DNA of 64,000 bases, taken from contig JAWAFD010000002.1 of the NCBI GenBank assembly GCA_038890745.1, positions 128,001 to 192,000 of the forward strand. The letters are read 5' to 3'. The DNA comes from Candidatus Anstonellales archaeon. GTDB taxonomy: Archaea > Micrarchaeota > Micrarchaeia > Anstonellales > J096. Under the pieces are notes generated by a model. That model was not told where the DNA came from. It did not search any database and saw only the letters and a program-made list of their open reading frames with translations. Below are positions 36,638 to 46,836 of the stretch, piece by piece. The translations under genes and the position numbers were made by a program. Every line of letters begins with the position of its first letter. The first letter of the stretch is position 1.

Positions 36638-38245
36638 TTATTCAAAATCAAAAATTTTTTCCCTTTCCTCTTCTTTCTCCCTTATGCTTTTCGCAATCCT
36701 TTTCACTTTCCTTTCTGCATTTTCCTTAGCTGCCTTCAAGCCCTTTGTTTTCTCCTTCTCCCTTAGCTTCGCTGCGAGCTGTTTACTTTCTTTTATCAGC
36801 TCCCTTATGCGTGCCTTTGATGCGGCTATTCTTTCATCAATGTCCTGCTCAACCATCGTTGCCTGCTCCATCTCTGTTTCAAGCTTTTCAGCCATCCTGT
36901 CCAGCTCTTCAAGATATTTCTGTAGATACTCAACTTCTGCGGCTTTTTTCACTTTCAGCATATCTGCCTCAGCACTTTTTATACTTGCCTCTATATCGCC
37001 CATCTTTGTTTCATAATCTTTTATATAATCATGTATAACCTTCTCAACATTTTTAAGCTTCTCAAGGTCTGCAACGAGCGATCCGACCTCCATCATCCTT
37101 TTGTCAATAACAACCTTTGCCCCTTCTATCTTTTCGCTTAGGACATACCTTATCTCATTCAATTTTACAAGAAGCTCATTTGCAGCATCCATCTCCATCA
37201 GTATTTGCGCTTCCCGCTCTTTAAGAGCCTCCAGGCTTTTTTCAAGTTCTTTTTGTTTGTCCTCTATTTTTTTCGTTTTCTTCTCCAAATCCAGAACAAT
37301 ATCCATCTGGCTTTCAAGTTCCTCTTTGGCTGCCTTAAGGTCTTTTTCAAGCGCCATCTCTACCTCCTTTATCTCATTTTTTATTTTAGTTATCTCTGCT
37401 TCTATCATCTTTACAACTGCCTTCCCCTCCTTCTTTATTCCTACAATCGCTTTTACATAAGCATCAGCTTCGCTCACCTTTTCTGGTATTGAGATGAGCT
37501 TTTCTTTGAGCGATATTATCTCCTCCTCTATTGCCATTACTTTATCTGATATGTTCTCATAAAGCGCTTCTGCTTCCTTCTGACTTTTCAGGAGCCTTGT
37601 TCGGTATATCCCCTCCTTTTCTTCTTTAAGTTTTGCAATCTCAGTTCTAAGTTTTTCAATTTCTTTGAGATAGACATCGAGCTCCTCCCTCAGAGCTTTT
37701 ATTTCCTTTTCTTCTTCAGTAGGCTCCCTCTCTACCTTTTCCTCCTCAATTTTTTCCTCCGCCTTTTCCTCCTCCACAACCTCTGGTTCAGTTGGCTCGG
37801 TTGGTGGTGCTGGCACAACAATTTTTTCTGGTTCTATTTTTGGAACAACTATCCTAACCGGTTCGATCCTTTCTACTTTCTTTTCCTCCTCTATTTTTTC
37901 TTCCTCGACTTTCTCAGCTGGCTTTGTTATTCCTTTGGCGATTTCCTCCTTTGGAACAACAATCTTTTCCTTTTTCTCTTCCATCTCAGCCATTTCAGGT
38001 TTTTCTTCAACCCTTTCCTCTGCTGTTTCAAGAAGCCATACCACATACACTTTTGTAAGTTTGTACTCGAGCTTCACAAATCCCTCTTCCTCAAGTACAT
38101 GCACCCATTTTTTCAGAGTTCTTTTATCCACGCCGGCTTCTGCTGCAAGCTCTTCCATCTCAACCCTTTTTTTCTTTGAAAGTATATTTACTATTTTATC
38201 CATTTCTGTACTTATAAGCGCATCATCAGATGGCAAATTTATCAC
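36638..38245 (-). CDS. Long coiled-coil protein with N-terminal winged helix
   Basis: ELAAEAGVDKRTLKKWVHVLEEEGFV; Glu/Pro linker; extended heptads. Confidence 0.75.
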   Translation of the reverse strand: MINLPSDDALISTEMDKIVNILSKKKRVEMEELAAEAGVDKRTLKKWVHVLEEEGFVKLEYKLTKVYVVWLLETAEERVEEKPEMAEMEEKKEKIVVPKEEIAKGITKPAEKVEEEKIEEEKKVERIEPVRIVVPKIEPEKIVVPAPPTEPTEPEVVEEEKAEEKIEEEKVEREPTEEEKEIKALREELDVYLKEIEKLRTEIAKLKEEKEGIYRTRLLKSQKEAEALYENISDKVMAIEEEIISLKEKLISIPEKVSEADAYVKAIVGIKKEGKAVVKMIEAEITKIKNEIKEVEMALEKDLKAAKEELESQMDIVLDLEKKTKKIEDKQKELEKSLEALKEREAQILMEMDAANELLVKLNEIRYVLSEKIEGAKVVIDKRMMEVGSLVADLEKLKNVEKVIHDYIKDYETKMGDIEASIKSAEADMLKVKKAAEVEYLQKYLEELDRMAEKLETEMEQATMVEQDIDERIAASKARIRELIKESKQLAAKLREKEKTKGLKAAKENAERKVKRIAKSIREKEEEREKIFDFE

Positions 38246-38759
38246 CTTCTTTCACAACTATTTTGAAAGTTCCGGTGAGCTTCCTGCTCGCCCTTTTCAG
38301 TGCCTCTTTTATGAGCGGAATGTTCTCTTTGTAAGAGTACACGGTCATTATCGGCTGGCCTTTCTTAACTTTCGCAGCTTTATCCACAGGCCTTCCAAAA
38401 GAGTTTCTCATTCCCTGCTGAATTCTGTCAGCTCCTGCGCCCGCAACCATTTTGTTCTCTCTTATTATATGATGCGGGAAAACCCTTACTCTGAAGAAAT
38501 ACCTCTCCGGGATTTTTTTCTCAAGATACCCATTCGAGCTTTTCCTTGCGGCTTCGAGTGCGTTATCCCTATGGTAATACTCTTGCTCTGCTACGAGGTC
38601 TACCTGTACGTTGAAGTCATTCTGCCTTTTTCCCATCACAAAAGTGTGAATATCCTGGTGCGGAATGGCCTTTATGAAATTTTTCTTTTTTACTTTACTA
38701 TGCCTTGTCCATGGCACTTTATCTGGATCCCGTATTGTTCTTGCCGGTCTTATTCCCAT
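38226..38759 (-). CDS. rpl10e: 50S ribosomal protein uL16 (L10e)
   Basis: LEAAR, RVFPHHIIRENKM..GAGADRIQQGMRNSFGRP. Confidence 0.96.
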   Translation of the reverse strand: MGIRPARTIRDPDKVPWTRHSKVKKKNFIKAIPHQDIHTFVMGKRQNDFNVQVDLVAEQEYYHRDNALEAARKSSNGYLEKKIPERYFFRVRVFPHHIIRENKMVAGAGADRIQQGMRNSFGRPVDKAAKVKKGQPIMTVYSYKENIPLIKEALKRASRKLTGTFKIVVKEGDKFAI

Positions 38760-38820
38760 ACTAGCACCTTTTTATCCATCGCCTTCCTTCTTTATTTTGT
38801 ATCAATATAATATTTAAACC

Positions 38821-39192
38821 TTACTCTGTTTCGCAGATAACAAATCCCTCAGATGTTTTCTTTATCGTAATGTTCTCTCCTTCAGCAAACGCGTTCTTTT
38901 CCATCACAACTATTCCCTTTACTGGCCTACATTCTTCTATTACAACTGCGTTCTCAAAATCAAATATACTGAAACCTTTTGATGATGCGTTGTAAACACA
39001 ATCGCCTTCGGCTTTTTCTATAGCTTTTATTTCATTTGCTCCGACGCTCGCGAAATAGCACATACCACCTCCTCCAGTATTTTCGGTTTCAACCTCGGCA
39101 CCCTTCGCAACCTTCTCAACTATCGCAACTCCTATGAGAAGAAGGACAATCGCAAAAAAAATCAAAGCAACCTGCTCGTACGCAATCTCCAT
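38821..39192 (-). CDS. Pilin-like protein
   Basis: N-terminal E-containing hydrophobic helix; in T4P operon. Confidence 0.55.
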   Translation of the reverse strand: MEIAYEQVALIFFAIVLLLIGVAIVEKVAKGAEVETENTGGGGMCYFASVGANEIKAIEKAEGDCVYNASSKGFSIFDFENAVVIEECRPVKGIVVMEKNAFAEGENITIKKTSEGFVICETE

Positions 39193-39201
39193 ACAACTCC
39201 C

Positions 39202-39585
39202 TTACCGTATGATCACAGTATCATCGCTCACCCTGTACCCTATTACAATCGTTCCGCTTATCTCCCTCTCAACTTCAGTAAAGTTGAGCTTGCCGGCAGC
39301 CCTCTTTACATCGTTCACATCCGCGCCAACAACAACATAACACTCTTCAACCTCTTTTTCCGGTGTGAGCTGATGCCACCGGTTGTAGCAGCTCTGCATC
39401 AGGCCGGAAAGCCCCTCCTCCCCTATATTTCCATGTATTATTTCTACTCCTTCTTTGGTTTTGTTCTGCTCGAACTGCTCGAAGGATATTTTCGAGAAAA
39501 GGGTGTTTATCACCCCTATTATCATCGCAAGAACTATAAGCGCAATCGCAAGCCTGATTAGGCTCTCAAAAGCAAGCTCAGCCAA
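39202..39585 (-). CDS. Pilin-like protein
   Basis: ELAFESLIRLAIAL; C-terminal C..CYV motif shared with neighbours. Confidence 0.6.
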   Translation of the reverse strand: MAELAFESLIRLAIALIVLAMIIGVINTLFSKISFEQFEQNKTKEGVEIIHGNIGEEGLSGLMQSCYNRWHQLTPEKEVEECYVVVGADVNDVKRAAGKLNFTEVEREISGTIVIGYRVSDDTVIIR

Positions 39586-39979
39586 CTATCCTCACCCCTC
39601 CCTCCACCTTCTCTACTTTTATAACGCTCTTTCCATCAACGCTCGTAACATTCACCTGAAAGTTCAATCCAGCGCTTTCCAGCGCAGATCTTAGCGTTGC
39701 TTCGCTGAACCCATTTTCCTTATAAGCGACAAAACAAAGCCCGATTTCTTTTGAGTTGCAGCTTATGGCCATTGCGACAACATCCCCCTCTCCATTAACC
39801 TTTATGCTTTCCTGCTTCGGCTGGCAGGATGTTTCCCCTCCAAAAAGCCCGGCGAAAGAGGATGCCTCGCAGTACTGCTCCTCGCCCGCGCTTATTATTT
39901 TAGGTATGATGAGCAGCAGCGCCGCTAGGCTCAAAAGCGCAATCGTAATATACACAACACTCCTCAGCGCTATCTCCAT
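39578..39979 (-). CDS. Pilin-like protein
   Basis: MEIALRSVVYITIAL; C..CFV motif. Confidence 0.6.
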   Translation of the reverse strand: MEIALRSVVYITIALLSLAALLLIIPKIISAGEEQYCEASSFAGLFGGETSCQPKQESIKVNGEGDVVAMAISCNSKEIGLCFVAYKENGFSEATLRSALESAGLNFQVNVTSVDGKSVIKVEKVEGGVRIVG

Positions 39980-40036
39980 GCTCCCACAGAATTCTTATTT
40001 TCTTTTCATTTTTAATTACAAACTTTATATTTATAT

Positions 40037-40447
40037 TCATTTTGTTTTTGTTAGCTTCTCTTTTATTTTTTCCGCGACTTTGAGAATATGGTTTAAATCC
40101 TTATACACCCTCTCAAGAATTTCTTCATCGAGCGCATGATAGCGATGTGCAACCATATTCCTAAACCCAACTGCGTTTATCATTATTTTTAAGTCTCTAT
40201 CATCAATTACCCCGATCCTTCTCATGCTCTCAAATACTTCAAAGTATGTTGAAGCATATTGAGATGGGGTTTTTGCTAAGAAGAGTTCTGCAAGTTCTAT
40301 TGTATAATTTACAACCTGAAATAATTCCATAGTTAACGCGGACGTTAAAATCTGATCAAACCTATTCTCTTTCCATTTACCATATACCTTTTTTGAGATT
40401 TCGGCGTGATATTTTATATCTTTCATTATCATATCTATTTTACTCAT
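40037..40447 (-). CDS. HEPN (DUF86/HepT-like) toxin
   Basis: GFRNMVAHRY RxxxxH motif. Confidence 0.88.
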   Translation of the reverse strand: MSKIDMIMKDIKYHAEISKKVYGKWKENRFDQILTSALTMELFQVVNYTIELAELFLAKTPSQYASTYFEVFESMRRIGVIDDRDLKIMINAVGFRNMVAHRYHALDEEILERVYKDLNHILKVAEKIKEKLTKTK

Positions 40448-40812
40448 TCTTTGGCCCCCTGAACCCGGTATAATCTTTCCATATCATGATACTCCATCAT
40501 GCTTTTTGCTATAATCTCCTGAAGTTTTTTCATGTTTCTAACAAAAACAAGCCTACCTTCTTTTATCACACTAAACTTTATCTGTGGTGGGAATTTGTTA
40601 AAGACACCAACATCGATCGTTTCATTCTTATACCCATATATTTCCAAAACATGTTCTGGGTCTGTTTTTTTAAGCACAACGGCGACGTCAACATCCGATA
40701 GAGGATGCATTTTTTTTGTTTCATATGAGCCAAAAACAAAAATGGCGAGAACATTATTTATTTTTTTGAGCCTGCTTATAATGTTTGCCAATTTTTCATC
40801 CAGCTTTTTCAT
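40444..40812 (-). CDS. Minimal nucleotidyltransferase (MNT) antitoxin
   Basis: FVFGS...SDVDVAV. Confidence 0.88.
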   Translation of the reverse strand: MKKLDEKLANIISRLKKINNVLAIFVFGSYETKKMHPLSDVDVAVVLKKTDPEHVLEIYGYKNETIDVGVFNKFPPQIKFSVIKEGRLVFVRNMKKLQEIIAKSMMEYHDMERLYRVQGAKE

Positions 40813-40846
40813 ACCATCACATCTCTCTTATGCTTTGAAAAGTTTA

Positions 40847-41167
40847 TTAGCTTTTCCACGCGGTCACAACAATTGTTCCGTTTTCTCTCGCTATCTTTAT
40901 ATCTGTCGCTCCATCCTCCCAGTATTTTATGCTTATTCCATTCAATTCCAAAACGGTTTTGTTCACATTACCCATTTTCCCAACATAACATTCCTTCCAT
41001 TCCCCGCTGCATTCCCTCGCAATTCTTAACACATCATCAGTGTTTACGTACTCTGTTGTCTGCAAAATTCCACCAGCTTTTGCGATAACAACAAAAATTA
41101 AAATTAGCACCGCGATCACAGCAATTGCTTCTATGAACAATGCCTCTCCGCCACCCTTTTTTGCCAT
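40847..41167 (-). CDS. Type IV pilin-like protein
   Basis: MAKKG leader then hydrophobic helix; C..CYV motif. Confidence 0.65.
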   Translation of the reverse strand: MAKKGGGEALFIEAIAVIAVLILIFVVIAKAGGILQTTEYVNTDDVLRIARECSGEWKECYVGKMGNVNKTVLELNGISIKYWEDGATDIKIARENGTIVVTAWKS

Positions 41168-41197
41168 AGCAGCAATTTGTTCCTATCTCCTTAAAAA

Positions 41198-43021
41198 CTA
41201 TATTGCAATCCCGGAGATCAGCAGATTGAGTAAAGCCCATGAGGCAATGAGCGAAACAATATACACGGTGAAGCCCACAAAGATGTTTTTTGCAATAGTG
41301 TAAGCCCTTCCAACCTCATCATACCCCTGTTTTATTCCGCTCTCAAACATCCCCAGTATTATGAGCATCTCCAAAACATAAAATCCAATGATAAACTGCA
41401 TATCAACAGATGAGAAAGCAGCACCCCCAAAGGAGAATATTCCAAACCCCTCAGCCCCGTGCGCCTTTTTGCTCATCACAATTATGAATTTTGCGATCAG
41501 GTCCCCAAATGCGACAGCCACGCCTCCTACAAGCGGCATGATGAATGTGCTCATCATGGAAACAGTGTTCGTTATTTCAGAAAGCATTTCGTTTACCCGC
41601 GCGTTGATTTCAAAGGTTCTGTCCAAATACTCTGCTGCTTTTATTGTTGATGCTGCTGTCTGCCTTGGACCTTTCTCTGCACTTTCCGAAATCACGTAAA
41701 GAATGTCCGAGATCATCACGCTAGGGTACTCCTTTATTACACCCTCCCTTCCGAATATCGCTCCCTTCAAGGTTTTTCCTTCAATCTTAATTTTCTCTAA
41801 AATTTTCCCCCACAGATCCACAGCACCCTTCCTTACTGTTCCTATCTTCCTTCCTTCCTCAACCATCATAGCGATTGCATTCTCTATCGGAATGTTCTGC
41901 CTTAGCACAACAGCCAGCTCCTTCAAGCTTGCCCTGAAATCCTTCTCCATCTCTGAGATTTTGCTCCTTATGTCCATAAGCCCATACGACCTTCCGAAAT
42001 AATATATCCCTATTGCTATCGCGGCGATGTACACGATAAATGCGCTTTCAAAAAGCCCAAAATTTAAGGCAATAACACCTAGCAAAAATGGAACAGAAAT
42101 AATGAGAAATATTGCTGTCGCCGCAATCGGGCTGAAAACATTTTCCCCAATCCTTATCCCTCCATACTTTTCCCTAATTTCTGGTGTGATATGAACGGCA
42201 AGCGTTCCTGGTCTTTTTGCCAAAACAGTAGTGACATAATAGTATGCAACAAGCGGGATGGCTAAGTTAAAAACTATGAACAAAAGCGAGGGAGGAATCT
42301 CTCTCCCAAGGAATATCCCGATAATTGGAATCATTATCAGAAGCATCATCGGAAATAGCATAAGAAAAGAGAAGATAAGCTTGACCGGGTTGGATATTGC
42401 TTCAACATACCTCTGCATCTTTTCATTCGTAGCTGAAAGCTGCAGACTTAGTCCTTTGTCTATTATATCCTCAAACCTAGCGCTCTGCTTTTCGCTTATG
42501 CTCATCTTCAAAAGCTCCAGCACTTTTATAAAAGTTTCATCTAGTTCTCTCAAAATTGAGGCGTGTTTGTCCAGCGCTCTCTCAACATTACTCTCCTCCC
42601 TCATCTCCACAGACCAGCTCACCTTCCTTAAGATATCACCCACGATTCCTTTTGCACTCTTTCCAGCAAACTTTACAGCGCCCTCTAAATTTCTGTTTAT
42701 CCTGATGTATATTGCTAAAAGTAATGATGCAAAAATTATTTCGTTCTGCGCTTCCATCACTACCTGCGTCGCTTCAACGCTTGCCTGGTTATATTTGTAA
42801 TAAAATCCAAAAACAGCAATGAGAATGGAAAGGAACGGAAACCCAAGGATGAGAAAAACAGGAAAAGAAACCACAAACGAAAATATCGCAAAAAGAACCG
42901 CTCCGTTCACAACCGCTTTAGGTTTTTTACCAATAATCCTGCACTCCCTTTCTATATTCTCTTCAAAAATAGTAAGCATCGGAGGAAGTTTTTCCCCAAT
43001 AGCATAGAAAACATCCATCAA
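41198..43021 (-). CDS. Type IV pilus platform membrane protein (TadC/ArlJ-like, duplicated)
   Basis: Two T2SSF-like units (RNLEGAV; NIPIENAI); directly downstream of the ATPase. Confidence 0.8.
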   Translation of the reverse strand: MMDVFYAIGEKLPPMLTIFEENIERECRIIGKKPKAVVNGAVLFAIFSFVVSFPVFLILGFPFLSILIAVFGFYYKYNQASVEATQVVMEAQNEIIFASLLLAIYIRINRNLEGAVKFAGKSAKGIVGDILRKVSWSVEMREESNVERALDKHASILRELDETFIKVLELLKMSISEKQSARFEDIIDKGLSLQLSATNEKMQRYVEAISNPVKLIFSFLMLFPMMLLIMIPIIGIFLGREIPPSLLFIVFNLAIPLVAYYYVTTVLAKRPGTLAVHITPEIREKYGGIRIGENVFSPIAATAIFLIISVPFLLGVIALNFGLFESAFIVYIAAIAIGIYYFGRSYGLMDIRSKISEMEKDFRASLKELAVVLRQNIPIENAIAMMVEEGRKIGTVRKGAVDLWGKILEKIKIEGKTLKGAIFGREGVIKEYPSVMISDILYVISESAEKGPRQTAASTIKAAEYLDRTFEINARVNEMLSEITNTVSMMSTFIMPLVGGVAVAFGDLIAKFIIVMSKKAHGAEGFGIFSFGGAAFSSVDMQFIIGFYVLEMLIILGMFESGIKQGYDEVGRAYTIAKNIFVGFTVYIVSLIASWALLNLLISGIAI

Positions 43022-45174
43022 TACACCCTCTTCATTTCTTCAAGGCACCATGCCTTCCATCTCTCAAATACCCTAGTTGCATCAACGCTTCCATGCTCCA
43101 CTCTTTCTTCCTCCATTATTTTGTGCAGCGCAGAATTGCTCGCTACAACAAAAGGCGCTTCGAGGATCTTTTCGTTTTTATAGCTAGCCGCAAAATCAAC
43201 AAGCGCTCTTTTAACCTTTGCCCTAAGTTTTATGTTGTCCATGATTTTTGAATAATCCGTCCACCCAGCAACCCTTTCGCCTATTGCTTTCAAAACCTCA
43301 CTCTCTCCATTCAGCAGCACGTCCGTTGGTACAAGACTGTCCTTGTCTGCATCATAAACCATTAAATCCGCAAACCCCATCTCCTCAATCGGGTCCGATT
43401 TCCAGTGCTTCCTTACCTCAGTAATTCTCGTCACCCTTCTGAGTTTTTCCAATCCATCTGGTGTTTTTATCGGATTCGCGATCACGATCAAATCTATTGC
43501 TTTAAATGATGTTGGCGGGACTTCCAGATCATTTACAACCCTGTCAAAAATCCCATATGGGCTTTCACCATGTATGGTTCCTGCAACAACATTCGCAAGC
43601 GCACCTACTCTCATAGCCTCATAAAGCGCCTTTGCTTCTTTGCTTCTCACCTCACCAACAATCAGGCATGAATCTCCGAGCCTCAACGCTGCTTTAATCC
43701 CATCCTCAGCGCTCATCTCACTTCCTTCAACGCTCAGCGCGCTCTTTACTTTGAGCGATAGGATGTCATACCCGAGCTCCTCCATTACCTTTACAGGAAG
43801 CTCGAGCGTGTCTTCTATTGTTACTATCCTGTATTTTTTCATTATCTCAAGCATGCTCGCTCCAAGGAGGGAGGTTTTTCCTGCGCTTCTAGACCCTCCA
43901 AAAAGAATGCACCTTCCATTATCTATCGCGAAGCTGAGAAGGCCTGCGGCCATTTCGTTCATCATCCCTTCCCTTACAAAAAGCGGAAATGTCCATGGTT
44001 TTTCTCTATGTTTTCTTATTGCAAACGCAAGCCCACCGGTGCTAAGCGGTTTATGAACAGAAGCAATCCTTGCACTCAGGCCCGGAATGTTTATAGTTGT
44101 ATCGAGAACAGGGTTTGCCTGGTCCAGAGGTCTACCACTCTCCAACTTAAGCTTTGTCGCCCAGTTCACAACCTCCTCAACATTCGGAATGATATTGCTG
44201 TCGCACTCCTCCCATTTCTCATGGAATATTGCTATTCCCCTTTCACCTGGATTTATGTTTACATCCTGAACATATGGGTCGTGCAGAATAGATTCTATAA
44301 CACCAAACCCGATCGTCGCCCTTGTGATAATGCTCGCTAATTTATCCGCATCCTCAACCTTCAAATTCAATTTCAGCTCCTCTATTTTTGCTATCACCCT
44401 ATCCCTTACATACTCATATATCGCTTCCCTTGCTTCTGTGCTTTCAAGTATCTCAGCTCTTGGGTCCTTTATAACCTCTTCCCTTATTTCACTCACAAGC
44501 CTGTGCTCCATGTCCCCAAGCATGATCTCCGGCGGAGTCAGGTGATAATAATATTTTATTTCATTCCCCATTTTGAATATCCTAACCTTTGCCCCATCCC
44601 TCAGCTCATACTCATCCACAAGCTTTCCATTCGCTGGAAATGTTGTTCTGAACCTAGTTAGAGAAAAAGAAGGCCTTTCTGTTGGCGAGAAAATTTGCAG
44701 GTATATCCCTCGGTCCCCTGCTTTGTATCCAACGAGCTCCTTCTGCACTTTCTTTATTATGTCTGTCTCTTCCAATCTTTGCAGGGTTGGGTCTATGAGC
44801 TCATCAATAATCCATTTTTTGCAGGAGCAGTTTCCTATCACAACCCTTTGCTTAAGCCTCTTCATGAAAACATAAACCCCTACTGGGTCGTCTGCAATCT
44901 CCCTTATTTTATTGAAAAATACTCTTATATCTTCACATGAGCAGTCCTTTGGTGGTGTCTTTCCCTTCAGCTCTGCTGAAAGAGTCTTTATCTTCCTTGC
45001 TAAGTCCTTTATCAACCGTGTATCCTCCAAACCATACTCCACAATCGTTTTTCCTTCTATGATTATTTTTGTTGCCCCAAAATCCTTTGCAATCCTATCT
45101 ACAACCTCTCCGAACAATCTGGCGTCCTTTTCTATGGTTTTTCCGCTTTCCGTTGCTTTTATTACTATCTCCAT
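43018..45174 (-). CDS. Type II/IV secretion system ATPase (VirB11/TadA-like)
   Basis: GGSRSAGKTS, IEDTLEL, LRLGDSCLIVGEVR, GTIHG. Confidence 0.93.
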   Translation of the reverse strand: MEIVIKATESGKTIEKDARLFGEVVDRIAKDFGATKIIIEGKTIVEYGLEDTRLIKDLARKIKTLSAELKGKTPPKDCSCEDIRVFFNKIREIADDPVGVYVFMKRLKQRVVIGNCSCKKWIIDELIDPTLQRLEETDIIKKVQKELVGYKAGDRGIYLQIFSPTERPSFSLTRFRTTFPANGKLVDEYELRDGAKVRIFKMGNEIKYYYHLTPPEIMLGDMEHRLVSEIREEVIKDPRAEILESTEAREAIYEYVRDRVIAKIEELKLNLKVEDADKLASIITRATIGFGVIESILHDPYVQDVNINPGERGIAIFHEKWEECDSNIIPNVEEVVNWATKLKLESGRPLDQANPVLDTTINIPGLSARIASVHKPLSTGGLAFAIRKHREKPWTFPLFVREGMMNEMAAGLLSFAIDNGRCILFGGSRSAGKTSLLGASMLEIMKKYRIVTIEDTLELPVKVMEELGYDILSLKVKSALSVEGSEMSAEDGIKAALRLGDSCLIVGEVRSKEAKALYEAMRVGALANVVAGTIHGESPYGIFDRVVNDLEVPPTSFKAIDLIVIANPIKTPDGLEKLRRVTRITEVRKHWKSDPIEEMGFADLMVYDADKDSLVPTDVLLNGESEVLKAIGERVAGWTDYSKIMDNIKLRAKVKRALVDFAASYKNEKILEAPFVVASNSALHKIMEEERVEHGSVDATRVFERWKAWCLEEMKRVY

Positions 45175-45235
45175 TCCCCCACCTTTTCAAAACCACATTG
45201 TTTTAGCTATTGCAATATTTTGATGCCAACTTAAT

Positions 45236-46741
45236 TTAAATGTTTCTAAGTAAAGACAGGGCATCATTGATGTCATTCAATAAGTTTCCGTTGCTTTCTC
45301 TTGATGCGATTTCAAGAAGAGTAATGATGCGTTCTTTGGTATTTTCATCCATCTCTGAAACTTCTGTTGAGAATACATACCCGCACAGGATTCTTGGATA
45401 ATGGATGCTCGATAGTGGCACATTTTCCATAAGATTTTCAAAGAGCTTTTTTGCTTCCTTCCTTCTTTCCATATCTTTTAAAGCATACGCCATTATAGTA
45501 TTTGCCAGGACATATGTTTCATCTGTGTATACTTTGAATGGATAGGTCTCTAAGAATTTTGAGATTTCTTGGACTACAGCCCATCTTTTTTCCTTCTGTT
45601 TTCTTAGAGCCTCCATTTTGATCAAAAATATTTTGGGATTTGTTTTTATATGGTGCGGTGCTTTAGATACTACATCCTCAACATCCTTGAACCTGTTTAG
45701 CAAGTAATAAAGCGAGCAGATCGTAGTGTAAGTTACAACATCAGCAATCCTATTCTTCACAGCTTCCTCAAACACCTCCCTAGCCTCCTCTACCATTCCC
45801 CTCTTCCCATACGCATCAATCATAGTGTTATAGGTTACAACATTAGCAATCCCCTTCTTCACAGCTTCCTCAAACACCTCCCTAGCCTCCTCTACTCTTC
45901 CATTCTTCCCATACGCATCAATCATAGCAGTGTAAGTTACAACATCAGCAATCCTATTCTTCACAGCTTCCTCAAACACCTCCCTAGCCTCTTCTACTCT
46001 TCCATTCTTCCCATACGCATCAATCATAGCAGTGTAAGTTACAACATCAGCAATCCTATTCTTCACAGCTTCCTCAAACACCTCCCTAGCCTCCTCTACT
46101 CTTCCATTCTTCCCATACGCATCAATCATAGTGTTATAAGTTACAACATCAGCAATCCTATTCTTCACAGCTTCCTCAAACACCTCCCTAGCCTCCTCTA
46201 CTCTTCCATTCTTCCCATACGCATCAATCATAGCAGTGTAAGTTACAACATCAGCAATCCTATTCTTCACAGCTTCCTCAAACACCTCCCTAGCCTCCTC
46301 TACCATTCCCCTCTTCCCATACGCATCAATCATAGAATTATAGGTTACAACATCAGCAATCCTATTCTTCACAGCTTCCTCAAACACCTCCCTAGCCTCC
46401 TCTACCATTCCCCTCTTCCCATACGCATCAATCATAGAATTATAGGTTACAACATTAGCAATCCTATTCTCCACAGCTTCCTCAAACACCTCCCTAGCCA
46501 AGTCGATGTTGATTTTGCCTAAGAGTTTTATTTTGTAGGTTATTGCAAAAACATTGTTTGGATTTGATTTGAGAATCTCATCAATTTTATTCAATGCTTC
46601 ATAGATTCTGCCCTGTTTTTCAAGGTTCTTCGCTTCTCGCATGAGTCGTTTTGGGTTTTTGTTTTCATCGAGCGGGTCAGGCCACTGACCCCGACCGTGA
46701 TGGCTATGCCTTGCATTTCCTGGCTTTCTGAATCCCCTCAT
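45236..46741 (-). CDS. Pentatricopeptide-repeat (PPR) protein with 34-aa repeats
   Basis: 7 full copies of VVTY(N/T)xMIDAYGKxGxVEEAREVFEEAVKNRIA(D/N), matching the P-class PPR consensus. Confidence 0.9.
   Translation of the reverse strand: MRGFRKPGNARHSHHGRGQWPDPLDENKNPKRLMREAKNLEKQGRIYEALNKIDEILKSNPNNVFAITYKIKLLGKINIDLAREVFEEAVENRIANVVTYNSMIDAYGKRGMVEEAREVFEEAVKNRIADVVTYNSMIDAYGKRGMVEEAREVFEEAVKNRIADVVTYTAMIDAYGKNGRVEEAREVFEEAVKNRIADVVTYNTMIDAYGKNGRVEEAREVFEEAVKNRIADVVTYTAMIDAYGKNGRVEEAREVFEEAVKNRIADVVTYTAMIDAYGKNGRVEEAREVFEEAVKKGIANVVTYNTMIDAYGKRGMVEEAREVFEEAVKNRIADVVTYTTICSLYYLLNRFKDVEDVVSKAPHHIKTNPKIFLIKMEALRKQKEKRWAVVQEISKFLETYPFKVYTDETYVLANTIMAYALKDMERRKEAKKLFENLMENVPLSSIHYPRILCGYVFSTEVSEMDENTKERIITLLEIASRESNGNLLNDINDALSLLRNI
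45725..46499 (-). repeat. 102-bp near-identical tandem repeat, about 7.5 copies
   Basis: GTTACAACAT(C/T)AGCAATCC recurs every 102 bp. Confidence 0.92.
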
Positions 46742-46836
46742 GATTTTATTGTGTATAAAAATGTTTAAAAATATATATACTTTTTTCCCATTAAAAAGAT
46801 TTTTAAACACTTTCTACTACAGCAATAGGGGGAGAG

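Noticed and set aside
45725..46499. Diversity-generating retroelement TR/VR pair or CRISPR
   Set aside because: In-frame coding tandem repeat; no reverse transcriptase in the window; no spacers
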